Source of the DNA: Octopus bimaculoides
Lineage: Eukaryota
NCBI RefSeq assembly: GCF_001194135.2
Contig: NC_069000.1
Coordinates: 41,960,429 to 42,004,173, forward strand
Length of the DNA stretch: 43,745 bases
Direction: 5' to 3'
The position numbers were made by a program, and so were the translations under genes. Shown piece by piece: positions 13,713 through 25,085 of this stretch; position 1 is the stretch's first letter; each line of letters starts with the position of its first letter. Under the pieces are notes generated by a model that saw nothing but the letters and a program-made list of their open reading frames with translations, was not told the DNA's origin and made no database searches.

Positions 13713-14573
13713 NNNNNNNNNNNNNNNNNNNNNNNNNNNNNNNNNNNNNNNNNNNNNNNNNNNNNNNNNNNNNNNNNNNNNNNNNNNNNNNNNNNNNNNN
13801 NNNNNNNNNNNNNNNNNNNNNNNNNNNNNNNNNNNNNNNNNNNNNNNNNNNNNNNNNNNNNNNNNNNNNNNNNNNNNNNNNNNNNNNNNNNNNNNNNNNN
13901 NNNNNNNNNNNNNNNNNNNNNNNNNNNNNNNNNNNNNNNNNNNNNNNNNNNNNNNNNNNNNNNNNNNNNNNNNNNNNNNNNNNNNNNNNNNNNNNNNNNN
14001 NNNNNNNNNNNNNNNNNNNNNNNNNNNNNNNNNNNNNNNNNNNNNNNNNNNNNNNNNNNNNNNNNNNNNNNNNNNNNNNNNNNNNNNNNNNNNNNNNNNN
14101 NNNNNNNNNNNNNNNNNNNNNNNNNNNNNNNNNNNNNNNNNNNNNNNNNNNNNNNNNNNNNNNNNNNNNNNNNNNNNNNNNNNNNNNNNNNNNNNNNNNN
14201 NNNNNNNNNNNNNNNNNNNNNNNNNNNNNNNNNNNNACACACGCACGCATGCACACACACACACACACTCCCTTGTTTGCTGCAACAAATCCCAGCCTCA
14301 GAAAATGTAACATTTATTTGGTTGGTATTTTAAAAACTTTGATATTTGACTGTGGCAGGTCACATGAAAACTTCTACGCAATTTGTCCGATGCATGAGCC
14401 AATGAGGGACACTCAGCATAGTAGTTCGAAATGCTAGACATAGCAGCCAAATCTCTGTCTCCCTCGTATAATATGCTCCTGTCTAAACTGGTCAAGGGGA
14501 AAATGTGACCTGTGGCTCTTCTGACAAAAAAAAAACAAAAAACAAAAAAACTACCCTGAAATTTTTTTAGGAG

Positions 14574-14891
14574 TGTTGCATGGCTGAGAAGGTGTCGTGT
14601 CTCATGCAGCCTGCTTCTCGGAAATGGTCACTGCTACCTGGTGTAAAATATGGGAAAATACACACCATACAATAAGGTGTGCCTAAGGAATAGAATCAGA
14701 AATTTCCTTGCTCACCAGATGTCCCTGTCTGTCCATTAGTGTGTCTGCCCACCCTGTCTGTCGGTGTGACTCTTTCTTCTTCTTTCTCTCTCCTTAATAT
14801 AAAACCCCACTGTTGAATAAAGAGTGAAGGTACACATTATACAACGTGGTCCTTGGCATTCCTAAAGAACAGAGTCAGGTATTATCTTACA
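14574..14891 (+). mobile_element. Possible solo LTR
   Basis: TGTTG...TTACA ends, AATATAAAA then AATAAA inside; no TSD found. Confidence 0.3.
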
Positions 14892-17163
14892 CAGTCAAAA
14901 CTGTTATCTCTTTGAATGTGTAAGATTTAACTCTTTCACTGAGACCTTTGGAGATACGCTGTGCTTCAGAAGACCTGTTGAGTCAAGTGAAATCATTGCC
15001 GTGGCCACTGCCAGACTGGCACCTGTGCCAGTGGCATGTAAAAAGCACCATTTGAGTGTGGTTGATGCCAGTGCCGGCTGACTGGCTNNNNNNNNNNACA
15101 GTTTGACCAGGGTTGGTAAGCTGAGGGATTAAACCACTCTCCAGTCTGATTTGGCATGGTTTCTATGTCTGGATGCCCTTCCTAATGCCAACCACTCCAA
15201 GAGTGTAATGGGTGCTTTTACATGCCACCGGTACGAGTACCAGTTACGTGACACCTGTGTGTTCCACAACTATGATTTCACTTGCTTTGGTGCATTTTCC
15301 TCTCAAGCATGACATATTGCCATAGGGGCATCTAATCAAGGGACATTACAATGATAGTTCACAATTTGTGTCGGGGTTTATTAAACATCTGAGGAGAAAA
15401 ATAGAAAAGGAGGATGGAACGAGATAAATATACGAAGAATGCAAAAATGAAAAAGTCGCTAATTTACAGCAAGACTACAAGGGAGGCAACTGTGTTCTGT
15501 ATAACACTGACCACATCCAATAAAACATATTTCTGAATATCTATAAAAATAATGCGATAATTATGATTAAAATTAATTGTTAAGTATTGTTATTGGTCCC
15601 GCAAAGAAAGTAACATCATCTTTATTATAAAATAAAGATTTAGAAACATTTTTTTCATTTTGAGATTAGTTTTACAGTTTGTTGTGTGAAAAAGTTTTTA
15701 AGACAAAATAAAGAATGATTTTAATGATTAATAATTATTTCTACTCAAGGCACAAGGCTTTGGAAATTTTGGGGGAAGGGGGCTAGTCGATTATATCGAC
15801 CTCAGTGCGTAACTGGTACTTATTTTATCGATCCTGAAGGGATGAAAGGCAAAGTCGACCTCGGCGGAATTTGAACTCAGAACGAAATACTGCTAAGCAT
15901 TCACCCCCACCACCACCGGCGTGCTAACGGTTCTGCCAGCTCGCTGTCTCATCTTAATAAATGATAATAATAAGAAAAGCACAAAGTCCGAAATTTGGGG
16001 TGGGGGGGGAATAGTCGATTATATTGATCCCAGAGTTTCACTGGTACTTAATTTATCGACCCCGAAAGGATGAAAGCCAAAGTCAGTCTTGGCGGAATTT
16101 GAACTCAGAACGTAAAGACGAACGAAATGCCACTAGNNNNNNNNNNNNNNNNNNNNNNNNNGAAATACTGCTAAGCATTCACCCCCACCACCACCGGCGT
16201 GCTAACGGTTCTGCCAGCTCGCTGTCTCATCTTAATAAATGATAATAATAAGAAAAGCACAAAGTCCGAAATTTGGGGTGGGGGGGGAATAGTCGATTAT
16301 ATTGATCCCAGAGTTTCACTGGTACTTAATTTATCGACCCCGAAAGGATGAAAGCCAAAGTCAGTCTTGGCGGAATTTGAACTCAGAACGTAAAGACGAA
16401 CGAAATGCCACTAGGCATCTTATCCGGCGTGGTAACGATTCTGCCAGCTCGCTGCCTTATCTATATGGAAGCTAGGCAGGAAAAAGCCATCTATATGGCT
16501 CCGATAAAGACTTGCTTTGTTTCGAATAACAGGAGTGAATACAAAACAGTTTCTTATTTTCTCGTTTCGTTTTTGCTTTATTTAAAAAAATAAAAAAGTG
16601 GAGAAAAAAAATCAAGATGTCGTAAAAAAGTATGGAATGATTCCAGCGTAAATGCCTTTCAACATAGATCTGCTGGAGATGGAATAATGTGCTAGTTAAA
16701 CAAAAACTGGTGCACGACAGATATGTTAATAGAAACCTCAATTATAATCAGGTCAAAGTTGAGGAAAAAATATCTTCAAAAAAAAAAAAAAAAAAAGAGG
16801 GCCTGCCACCAGACTGTTTCGGATTCTCTCAGTTTCAACAACAAAAACTATACTGACCAATTCTGACTCATGAAGATGGTGTAACTGTACAAAATAATGA
16901 TGCAATACTTGCAATGTAATAATATATTATAAGAAAATTGTATGCAATGCTCAGGTGTATTACAACTAAAAAAGAAGGAAAAAACAAATCCAAACAGGTA
17001 GGGAGAAAATAACAAGAAATCAGTAGTTACTCATTTTGCCCCCGCTATACTATATGTGTGTGTGTGTGCATTTTATTTGTTGGGGGTGGAAATCCTTTAG
17101 CTTCATTTTTTTTACATTCCCATGTTTTCCACATACATACTAACAGTATAGGATACTGTTTAT

Positions 17164-18189
17164 TTTAACTCCCGATACCCCGCTAACAATACAAGTGCAA
17201 AAGGTGTAAAATAATGTGTATTTATTGAATATGAAACAAAACTTTGCGCCAACGAACCTGGGTGGAAGGGAGGACTTTTGGAAAAATCAAAAGATCCTCA
17301 TAATTTTAGGAAAATGGATATATTTTAATGAAATTATATATAAATACCTTTCAAACGGCATAGATTGCAATTATAAAGAAATTTGTGGGGAAAATTTTTT
17401 CNNNNNNNNNNNNNNNNNNNNNNNNNNNNNNNNNNNNNNNNNNNNNNNNNNNNNNNNNNNNNNNNNNNNNNNNNNNNNNNNNNNNNNNNNNNNNNNNNNN
17501 NNNNNNNNNNNNNNNNNNNNNNNNNNNNNNNNNNNNNNNNNNNNNNNNNNNNNNNNNNNNNNNNNNNNNNNNNNNNNNNNNNNNNNNNNNNNNNNNNNNN
17601 NNNNNNNNNNNNNNNNNNNNNNNNNNNNNNNNNNNNNNNNNNNNNNNNNNAGTAATAGAAAAGGGTTTTTTAAATGATCCCAACGTTGTAGATGTGGTGA
17701 AAACAACAGCTAAATCACCCTTAATTTTTTTTTTCCATAGTGAAACCATATTCAACACTGTCTTTATGAGTTTATTTCTCTCAGCATAATACATGGGATC
17801 TTAAAAAAAAAAAAAAAATTCTGTTACTAAAAGGAAATATAAATGAATCTAAAAAATTTTTTTCAAGCTTATTTCCATTACACTCAAGCAAAATATTAAT
17901 TTATGAATTTTTTTTCTCCCCATCCCCATCGGAAAAAAATTTCCCCCACAAATTTCTTTATAATCATAATCTGTGCCATTTGAAAGGTATTTATATAACA
18001 TTTCCTTTAAAGATATCCATTTTCCTAAAAGTTACGAGGGGAAAAAATCGGATCGTGTGAATATTCCGAAAGTCCTCTCCCTCCGTCCCCGAGTCGTTGG
18101 TGCAATTTTTGTTTTCGATTCGTTTAATACACATTTTTTTAACACCTATTACATTTGTTTTTTTCTTGCTTTGGCGACCGGGAATTAAA
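17164..18189. mobile_element. Long-TIR foldback DNA element spanning a gap
   Basis: About 230 bp at 17164-17400 is a diverged reverse complement of about 17930-18189. Confidence 0.7.
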
Positions 18190-18339
18190 GTAAACATTAA
18201 CCACAGTATGTATGTATACACGATGGGATCCTTTCAGTTTCTGTCTACCAAATCCACTCGCCCAAGGTACCGCGGTGTAGGACCGAACCCAGAATCATGT
18301 GGACGGAAAATAAACTTACAACACAAACTACGTTTATTT

Positions 18340-18472
18340 CAAGGGAGATCACTGTAATGTCAAGTATTTTGACGAGTCTGCGCAGACGGTGTTTCAGCTG
18401 TCAAACTGCTTCCGGTTGCAGGTGCGATCGAAACTTCAGACTGAGTCCCCGGAGTTTAAGGAATACATTAAA
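18340..18472 (+). promoter_or_regulatory. Putative TATA-less RRP9 promoter / 5' UTR
   Basis: Locally CpG-rich; perfect 12-bp palindrome GTCTGCGCAGAC (18376-18387) and ETS-type CTTCCGG (18409-18415) just upstream of the ATG. Confidence 0.5.
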
Positions 18473-18568
18473 ATGTCTTTTTTTATACGGAACGATAAAC
18501 CTTTAAAGAAACGGAAACTGCAAGATACAAAACGTCGCAAGGATAATAAGGACATTAAACAAACACAA
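18473..18568 (+). CDS. RRP9: RRP9 exon 1 (MSFFIRNDKPLKKRKLQDTKRRKDNKDIKQTQ)
   Basis: AAA-ATG start, basic NLS-like stretch, donor GTATGT at 18569, phase 0 matching the next exon. Confidence 0.8.
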
Positions 18569-21500
18569 GTATGTTGAGTATGTTTTTCTTTTTTTAATAC
18601 TTCATTTAATCAAACAATTGCTCCTAACTCCACGTGTTCTTGACTTCCTGTATAAACTCGACATAGAATCTATGTTAAGCCTTATTATTCCTAACGTCGT
18701 TTCTTCTTCGTTGTTAACCCTTCTGTTATTTATTTCGTTATCATCTATCAATACATTTAATGGGTGCGCTTTGTGAGAATTCAATAGGGTGACATACAAG
18801 CTTTGTAGTTAAGAAGTTACCTTCCCAACCACATGGTTCCAGGTTCGGTCCGAAGGTGTGGCACCTTAGGCAAGTGTCTTCTGCTATTGCTTGGTGAAGG
18901 GTTAACTGAAAGCAGCCTGCTGTGTTAGTTTGTTTTATGTCCTCCATGAATTAACGGTTCGACAAAAGCGACCGGCATTTCTTAAATACAGAGGTCCCGA
19001 CGTAAGGATGTTTTTACAGTGCACACTCGTTAGGGGTTAGGGTTACGTAGATACGTCGGGACGTCTGTATTTAAGAGGAAGCGACCGATAGAATAAGTGT
19101 CAGGCTTAAAAAAATAAGTCTTGAGATCGATTTGTTTCACTAAAACTCTTCAATGTGTTGCTGTAGCATGGCCGCAGTCTGAAGCTTATAGACCCAATGA
19201 GGCCGCGTGTAAACGACTGAGAACACAAGACCACCTGACAATAGCAAGGTTATTCCTCACTCCACCCCAGCTGTGTTTTGGTACTCATTTTCAGCTGAGT
19301 ACGAGAATCGGACCCACGAATTAACGATCATGAACCAAACGGCGGAGGTAAAGAATACGCACAACACCCGTTTTCGGCGTAACAAAAACCCTAACTCCTA
19401 ACCCCAAATCCTAAACACCAAGTGTACGTATTCTTTACCTTCGCCGCTATGACCATTCCGCCTGTTCCTTCCTTTTTTTCTTTTTAACTCGCATAGTTTA
19501 CCTCGGAATGTATTAGCCAAAGTGTCTACTTTTTAAACCGGTTAGTGTGTTGTTTGAAGAAGCTTTTCACTATTTCTAGCGTGTCAAGCAACCACAGAGG
19601 GGCTCTGGTGCCTAAATTTATAAATCTTTACAACTTTATTTCGTAAAGTTACGGTTTTTTTTTTTAAAAGCGTTCTAAAGAAAGTTTTAGGTGAACAAAT
19701 TTGTGTCGTAGTTTGGGGACACAATTCTGTACTTATGCCTGTTTTGAACTGCGAGGATGGAGAAAGTCTATGAAATCTTTTAACATGAAACACCAGGTAC
19801 TACTAAAGCAGCGCGGACCCGAACGCGCGTCCGCGCTAGCTAGTCGTGAGTGGTCGATCCTAACCCTAACCCTAACCCTAAACACGTATTCATTTGCACA
19901 CGCGGGTTAGGGTTAGGGACAGGGTTAGGATCGACCACTCAAGACTAGCTAGCGCGTTCGGGTCCGCGCTGCTTTAGTAGTACCGAAACACCATTATGAA
20001 ACATGAAATTTCTTCGGGTTTCGCTACTTACTACTGATTTTACTCTGGTCAACGTGAGAGCCTCTATGTGGTCACTCAACGTGCTAGAAATAGTCAGTCT
20101 ACTTTGAACCATTACACGAATTCCAAAAGATAAAAAATTTACGAGGGGTTATATGGGACACTCAATTTAGGGTTAATATAAATATCTTCACCCGTTAGTA
20201 AAAAAAAATAACCCCAGCCTGCTGGGTGTTAACTGTAGAAAACGAATATGACAAAAAAAATTTGCACAATTGAATCTGGGGTGGGGAGAAGACTTTCGGA
20301 AAATTTCCAAGGTCCGATTTTCCCGCCATAACTTTCGAGAAAATGGATATATATATTTTTTTACGGAATCCTACGTACTTGGTTATGGGGGATAAGATTC
20401 TGTAAAAGAAAATTTTCAAAATTTCGATTCACCACCCTCTCATTTTTCACTTTTTTCGGCTTTTATTTTCTTTTTTAGGATTCTGAAAAAAATTTGTTTG
20501 TAAAATTTTAATTTTTCAACGAAAAAAAAATATATATAGGCGCAAGAGTGGCTGTGTGGTAANNNNNNNNNNAAAGCCTTGTGAGTGGATTTGGTAGACG
20601 GAAACTGAAAGAAGCCCGTCATATGTTTGTGTGTCTGTGTTTACCCCCCTCCCCCCAACATTGCTTGACAACCGATGGTGGTATGTTTATCTCCCCGTAA
20701 CTTAGCGGTTCGGCAAAGAGACCGATAGAATAAGTACTAGGCTTACAAAGAATAAGTCTTGAGGTCGATTTGTCGGACTAAAGGCGGTGCTCCAGCATGG
20801 CTGCAGTCAAATGACTGAAACCAGTAGAAGAATAAAAGAATACCACCAACCCCCCTCCCCTCCCAATTCTATGGCCTGGGGGTGGGGGAGGACTTTCAGA
20901 AAATAGAAACAAGATTTTTTTATAAAATAGAATTTCCTTGGGTCTTGCTAGTTATTCTTAATTTGGATGTTTTCTGTTAGGATGCCAAGTTTCAATCTCT
21001 TTAATGTTCTTTCAAATTGATTTCAGTCTAAAGATATACGTTTATAAGCTTATCAATGCTAAGAAAATCGATTTCCCCATAAATCAATAAATAAAGAGTT
21101 ATTAGCTATTACAGTTTGAAAATTTTGGGTAATTTTTGGCGACAATCTTTTGTTTTGACTCAAATTCTATCAACATACTGCTTGGTAATTTCCATGAGTA
21201 CGTGTTGACTTGTTAACTATCAGTTGATGTATTGAAGTAGAAACGGAAAGCTAATGGAGGCGAGCTGGCAGAAACATTAGCACGCCTGGCGAAATGCTTA
21301 GCAGTATTTCATCTGCCGCTACGTTGTGAGTTCAAATTCCGCCGAGGTCGACTTTGCCTTTCATCCTTTCGGGGTCGATTAAATAAGTACCAGTTACGCA
21401 CTGGGGTCGATATAGTCGACTTAATCTGTTTGTCTGTCCTTGTTTAGCCCCTTGTGGGCAGTAAAAAAATAAGAAACAGAACGCTAATGGGTTGTACATA

Positions 21501-23662
21501 TGTGCGTGCTCATTCCTCTGTGTGTGTGACTGTGTGCTTGTTCTGTATTTATGTGTTGTGAATTGAAGATATAATGCAATTACGCCGACAGTGTTGCATT
21601 TTAAACTTACAGAAACAAGCACACACACACAGAGGAACAAGCATGCATGCACATACAACCCATTAGCTTTGTCTTTCCACTTCGATACGTCATCTTGCAG
21701 TTGACAAGACAACATATGCTTAGGGAAATTACCGAGTAGTATGTTGACAGAACTCGAGTCAAAACGAAAGATCACCATTTTGGCCACAGACACTTTCATA
21801 CCTGTTTCCATAGTAACAAGCCAAACATGAGAACTCTTTTGTCTGCACATGTTGACAAATATATTCTATGCAAAAACATGTGCATTGATGTGGCTTATGC
21901 CCATCTGCTGCCTGTACTCTGGTCAAGAGATGTGCTAAAAATAACAGCCAAGGAAGACAGGCTAGATGAGTTGCAGTTTGGTTTCATATACTACTGATGC
22001 TCTCTTCCATGTCTCTACCTGGCTTTTATTGACGTAAAGGAAGCCCTTAACCCTTTAGTATTTAAACTGGCCATATATCTAGCTAAAATATGCCCCCTGT
22101 TTTATGTTTAAACTGGCCAGATCTCATGTCTCACACCAACTCCACAGTATCGTTCTAAAATTTAAGTTACCTCATCAAAATCTCAAAGCTAAATGGTTAA
22201 TTAAAAACCAGTGAATAAAAAAGTGTTGTTTTTGACAGAATAATGTGAGTACCGTATTCTTCTGTTTCATTTCAGGAACCTACGCAGATCACCAATAATA
22301 AGCAGGAAGAAGAAATTGAATCAGACAGGTGAGAGATGTTACCTAAAACCTTCTCAGACTAACGTGGCTCCGCCCCCATCTTTGTAAACAAGAAGACAAA
22401 ATGGAGTTTGTTCATTCTTAAGTTTCGGCAGACTCTAACACAGACATAAACTCTTCCTTTTCCACTGTTGGATTTTATCTTGGAGAATTCATTTCTACTC
22501 TAGGCACAAGGCCCAAAATTTTTGCGGAAGGGGCCAGTCGATTAGATTGACCTCAGTACGCAACTGGTACTTAATTTATCCACCCTGAAAGGATGAAATG
22601 CAAAGTTGACCTCGGCAGAATTTGAACTCAGAACGTAATGACAGGCGAAATACTATTAAGCATTTCGCCCCACGTGCTAACGAGTCTGCCATTAAAACAC
22701 CCATGTCTGATGATCTGCTGACATCACTTAGAGTATTTACCCACAATGTCTTGGAGGAGAAGTCATTCTCTGAGACAGAATCCTGCAAAAAGCCATGTTC
22801 ATGTTCACGTCTGCTAGAACATGTTAAGAGTGGATATCTACTCATTGTTTTTTGATTCTCACTGTTTCTGCATAAACGAAATAATTTCATCATTTAGAGT
22901 TGACATCCATATAATTCTTTCTTTCTTCACCATGGCTTTGGACAAGTTTATAAGCTTTAACCCTTTCCTTACTGTATTTATTTTGAGATGCTCTTTGTTT
23001 CTTTCAATTAATTTAAATCTAACAAAAAATTTAGTAAAATAACTTAATTATCATTAAGCTGGTGTTAGGAATATAAATTGTGACTAAGGTTTGGTGGAAG
23101 ATTTTAATTCAGAACTTATAAAAACAAGACATTTGTACTACAGAGCTAGAGTAGTTTTCAACCAGGTTGGTGTCAAAAGGATTAAGAATTGTTTCTCTAT
23201 TATATATATTTTAACCCTTTTGTTACCATATTTCTGTTGAGATGTCTGATCTGGCAAGGTTTCTACAGCTGGATGCCCTTCCTAACGCCAACCACTCCAA
23301 AAGTATAGAGGGTGCTTTTTGTGTACCACTGGCATCGACCACATTCGGTTGGTGCTTTTTCAATATTTAAAAAAATCCCCATCATATTACATTTTTATAA
23401 TTAAACATTATTCTTTTATTCTCTTACTTGACTGCAGCCATGCTGGAGCACCACCTTTAGTCGAGCAAATCGGCCCCAGGACTTATTCTCTGCAAGCCTA
23501 GTACTTATTCTATCAGTCTCTTTTGCCGAACTGCTAGGTTATGGAGACATAAACACACACACAAATGCGTGCACACACACACACACATTTATATATATAT
23601 ATATATATATATATACATACATACATACATACATACATACANNNNNNNNNNNNNNNNNNNNN

Positions 23663-23694
<32 letters not shown>

Positions 23695-24852
23695 CATACA
23701 TACATACATACATACATACATACATACATACACACACGATGAGCTTCTTTCAGTTTCCATCTGCCTGCCAAATCCACTCATAAGGCTTTGGTTGGCTTGC
23801 GGCTATAGTAGAAAACACTTGCCCAAGGTGCCATGCAGTGGGGCTGAACCTGGAACCATGTGGTTGGCAAGCAAGCTACTTACCACACAGCCACTCATGT
23901 GCCTATATTAAAACAAAATTTGTTAAACTGTTTTGTATATTGTAGAAATATAACCAGTTTATTGCTGATAAATTCTAACAACAAAATCTGATGTCGTTCC
24001 CTAAGGGCCACATGGACCCTAGTTAAGGATCTCTGTTTTGCACACTGATAATAAATTGACCAACACTCTATTGACTTCATGGCAGTTGAAGATGAATTAA
24101 CCTGGCACAGATTATCCTTGTGACATTCCTCCCCCTCACCGAATGGAGACCTGTATGGTTATTTTTGCTTCTGTTAATCTTGTTTCTTCTCCTTCCAGTG
24201 ATGTTGAATACAAGTTACCATCGGATGAGGGTGGTTCATCAGATGAAGAAACGGCTCAGGAGAAAAAGATTCGTTTGGCTAAAAAATATTTGGCTGAATT
24301 GAAAAGTGAGGGTGTTGGAGATGACGAGGGCGAAAGTGATGGTGAGTATCTATCTATCTATCTATTTATGATGTTGACAGTGACTTCAAAGTTTCTGTCA
24401 GCTAAGCCATTGTTGAACTGCCAAAATTTCAATGTCGCTCTGATTTAAGAATTAAAAATTTGTACTCTTTAAAAGTTCAGAGTTACTCATCAGATTAATG
24501 TAAAATTGTTTTTATTGTAACTGAACATACAAACAAAACATTAATATAATTATCTATCTATCCATACATCCATCCATATATACACACATGCATACTTATA
24601 AGGTGAGCAAAAGTGTACATACTCTGCTATATGTATATATAAATCCCCAAAATGGAACAAGGTTACAACAAATAGCAATAAAACATACAGACAGACAGAA
24701 AAAAAACAAGGATGGGTCATTTGCAGCCTTCTCTCATCAATCAAGTTTCCAGATTGTCCTTACATTTTCAGGTGGATATATATATATATATAGATAGGTA
24801 GATAATTATTGACAATGGTGTGTGTGTGTATGTATGTGTACGTGTTTGTATA

Positions 24853-24923
<71 letters not shown>

Positions 24924-25020
24924 ATTGCTAATGTAAATAGAAATGGAATGGTGAAACTATTTTTTCATTTTCTGAAAAAACGTTTTGAACTCACAAGACT
25001 TTTGCATAATAGCAATGATA

Positions 25021-25085
<65 letters not shown>

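Noticed and set aside
15884-16414. 253-bp exact tandem duplication
   Set aside because: The identical copies (15884-16136 and 16162-16414) sit either side of a 25-N gap, which is typical of an unmerged contig overlap. Treated as an assembly artefact until long reads show otherwise.
19861-19930. Interstitial telomere or chromosome-fusion scar (head-to-head telomeric repeats)
   Set aside because: The repeats are few, are embedded in TIR arms and are bounded by a 9-bp TSD, so a transposon explains them.
21332-21850. 172-aa minus-strand ORF
   Set aside because: Lies entirely within a SINE and a foldback element, has no recognisable domain and is antisense to an RRP9 intron.
24368-24443. C/D snoRNA-like segment in RRP9 intron 3 (ATGATGT...CTGA, 76 nt)
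   Set aside because: Non-consensus C box, no terminal stem, far from the 3' splice site, and the putative guide has only short, uncertain rRNA complementarity. A snoscan or Infernal run would settle it.
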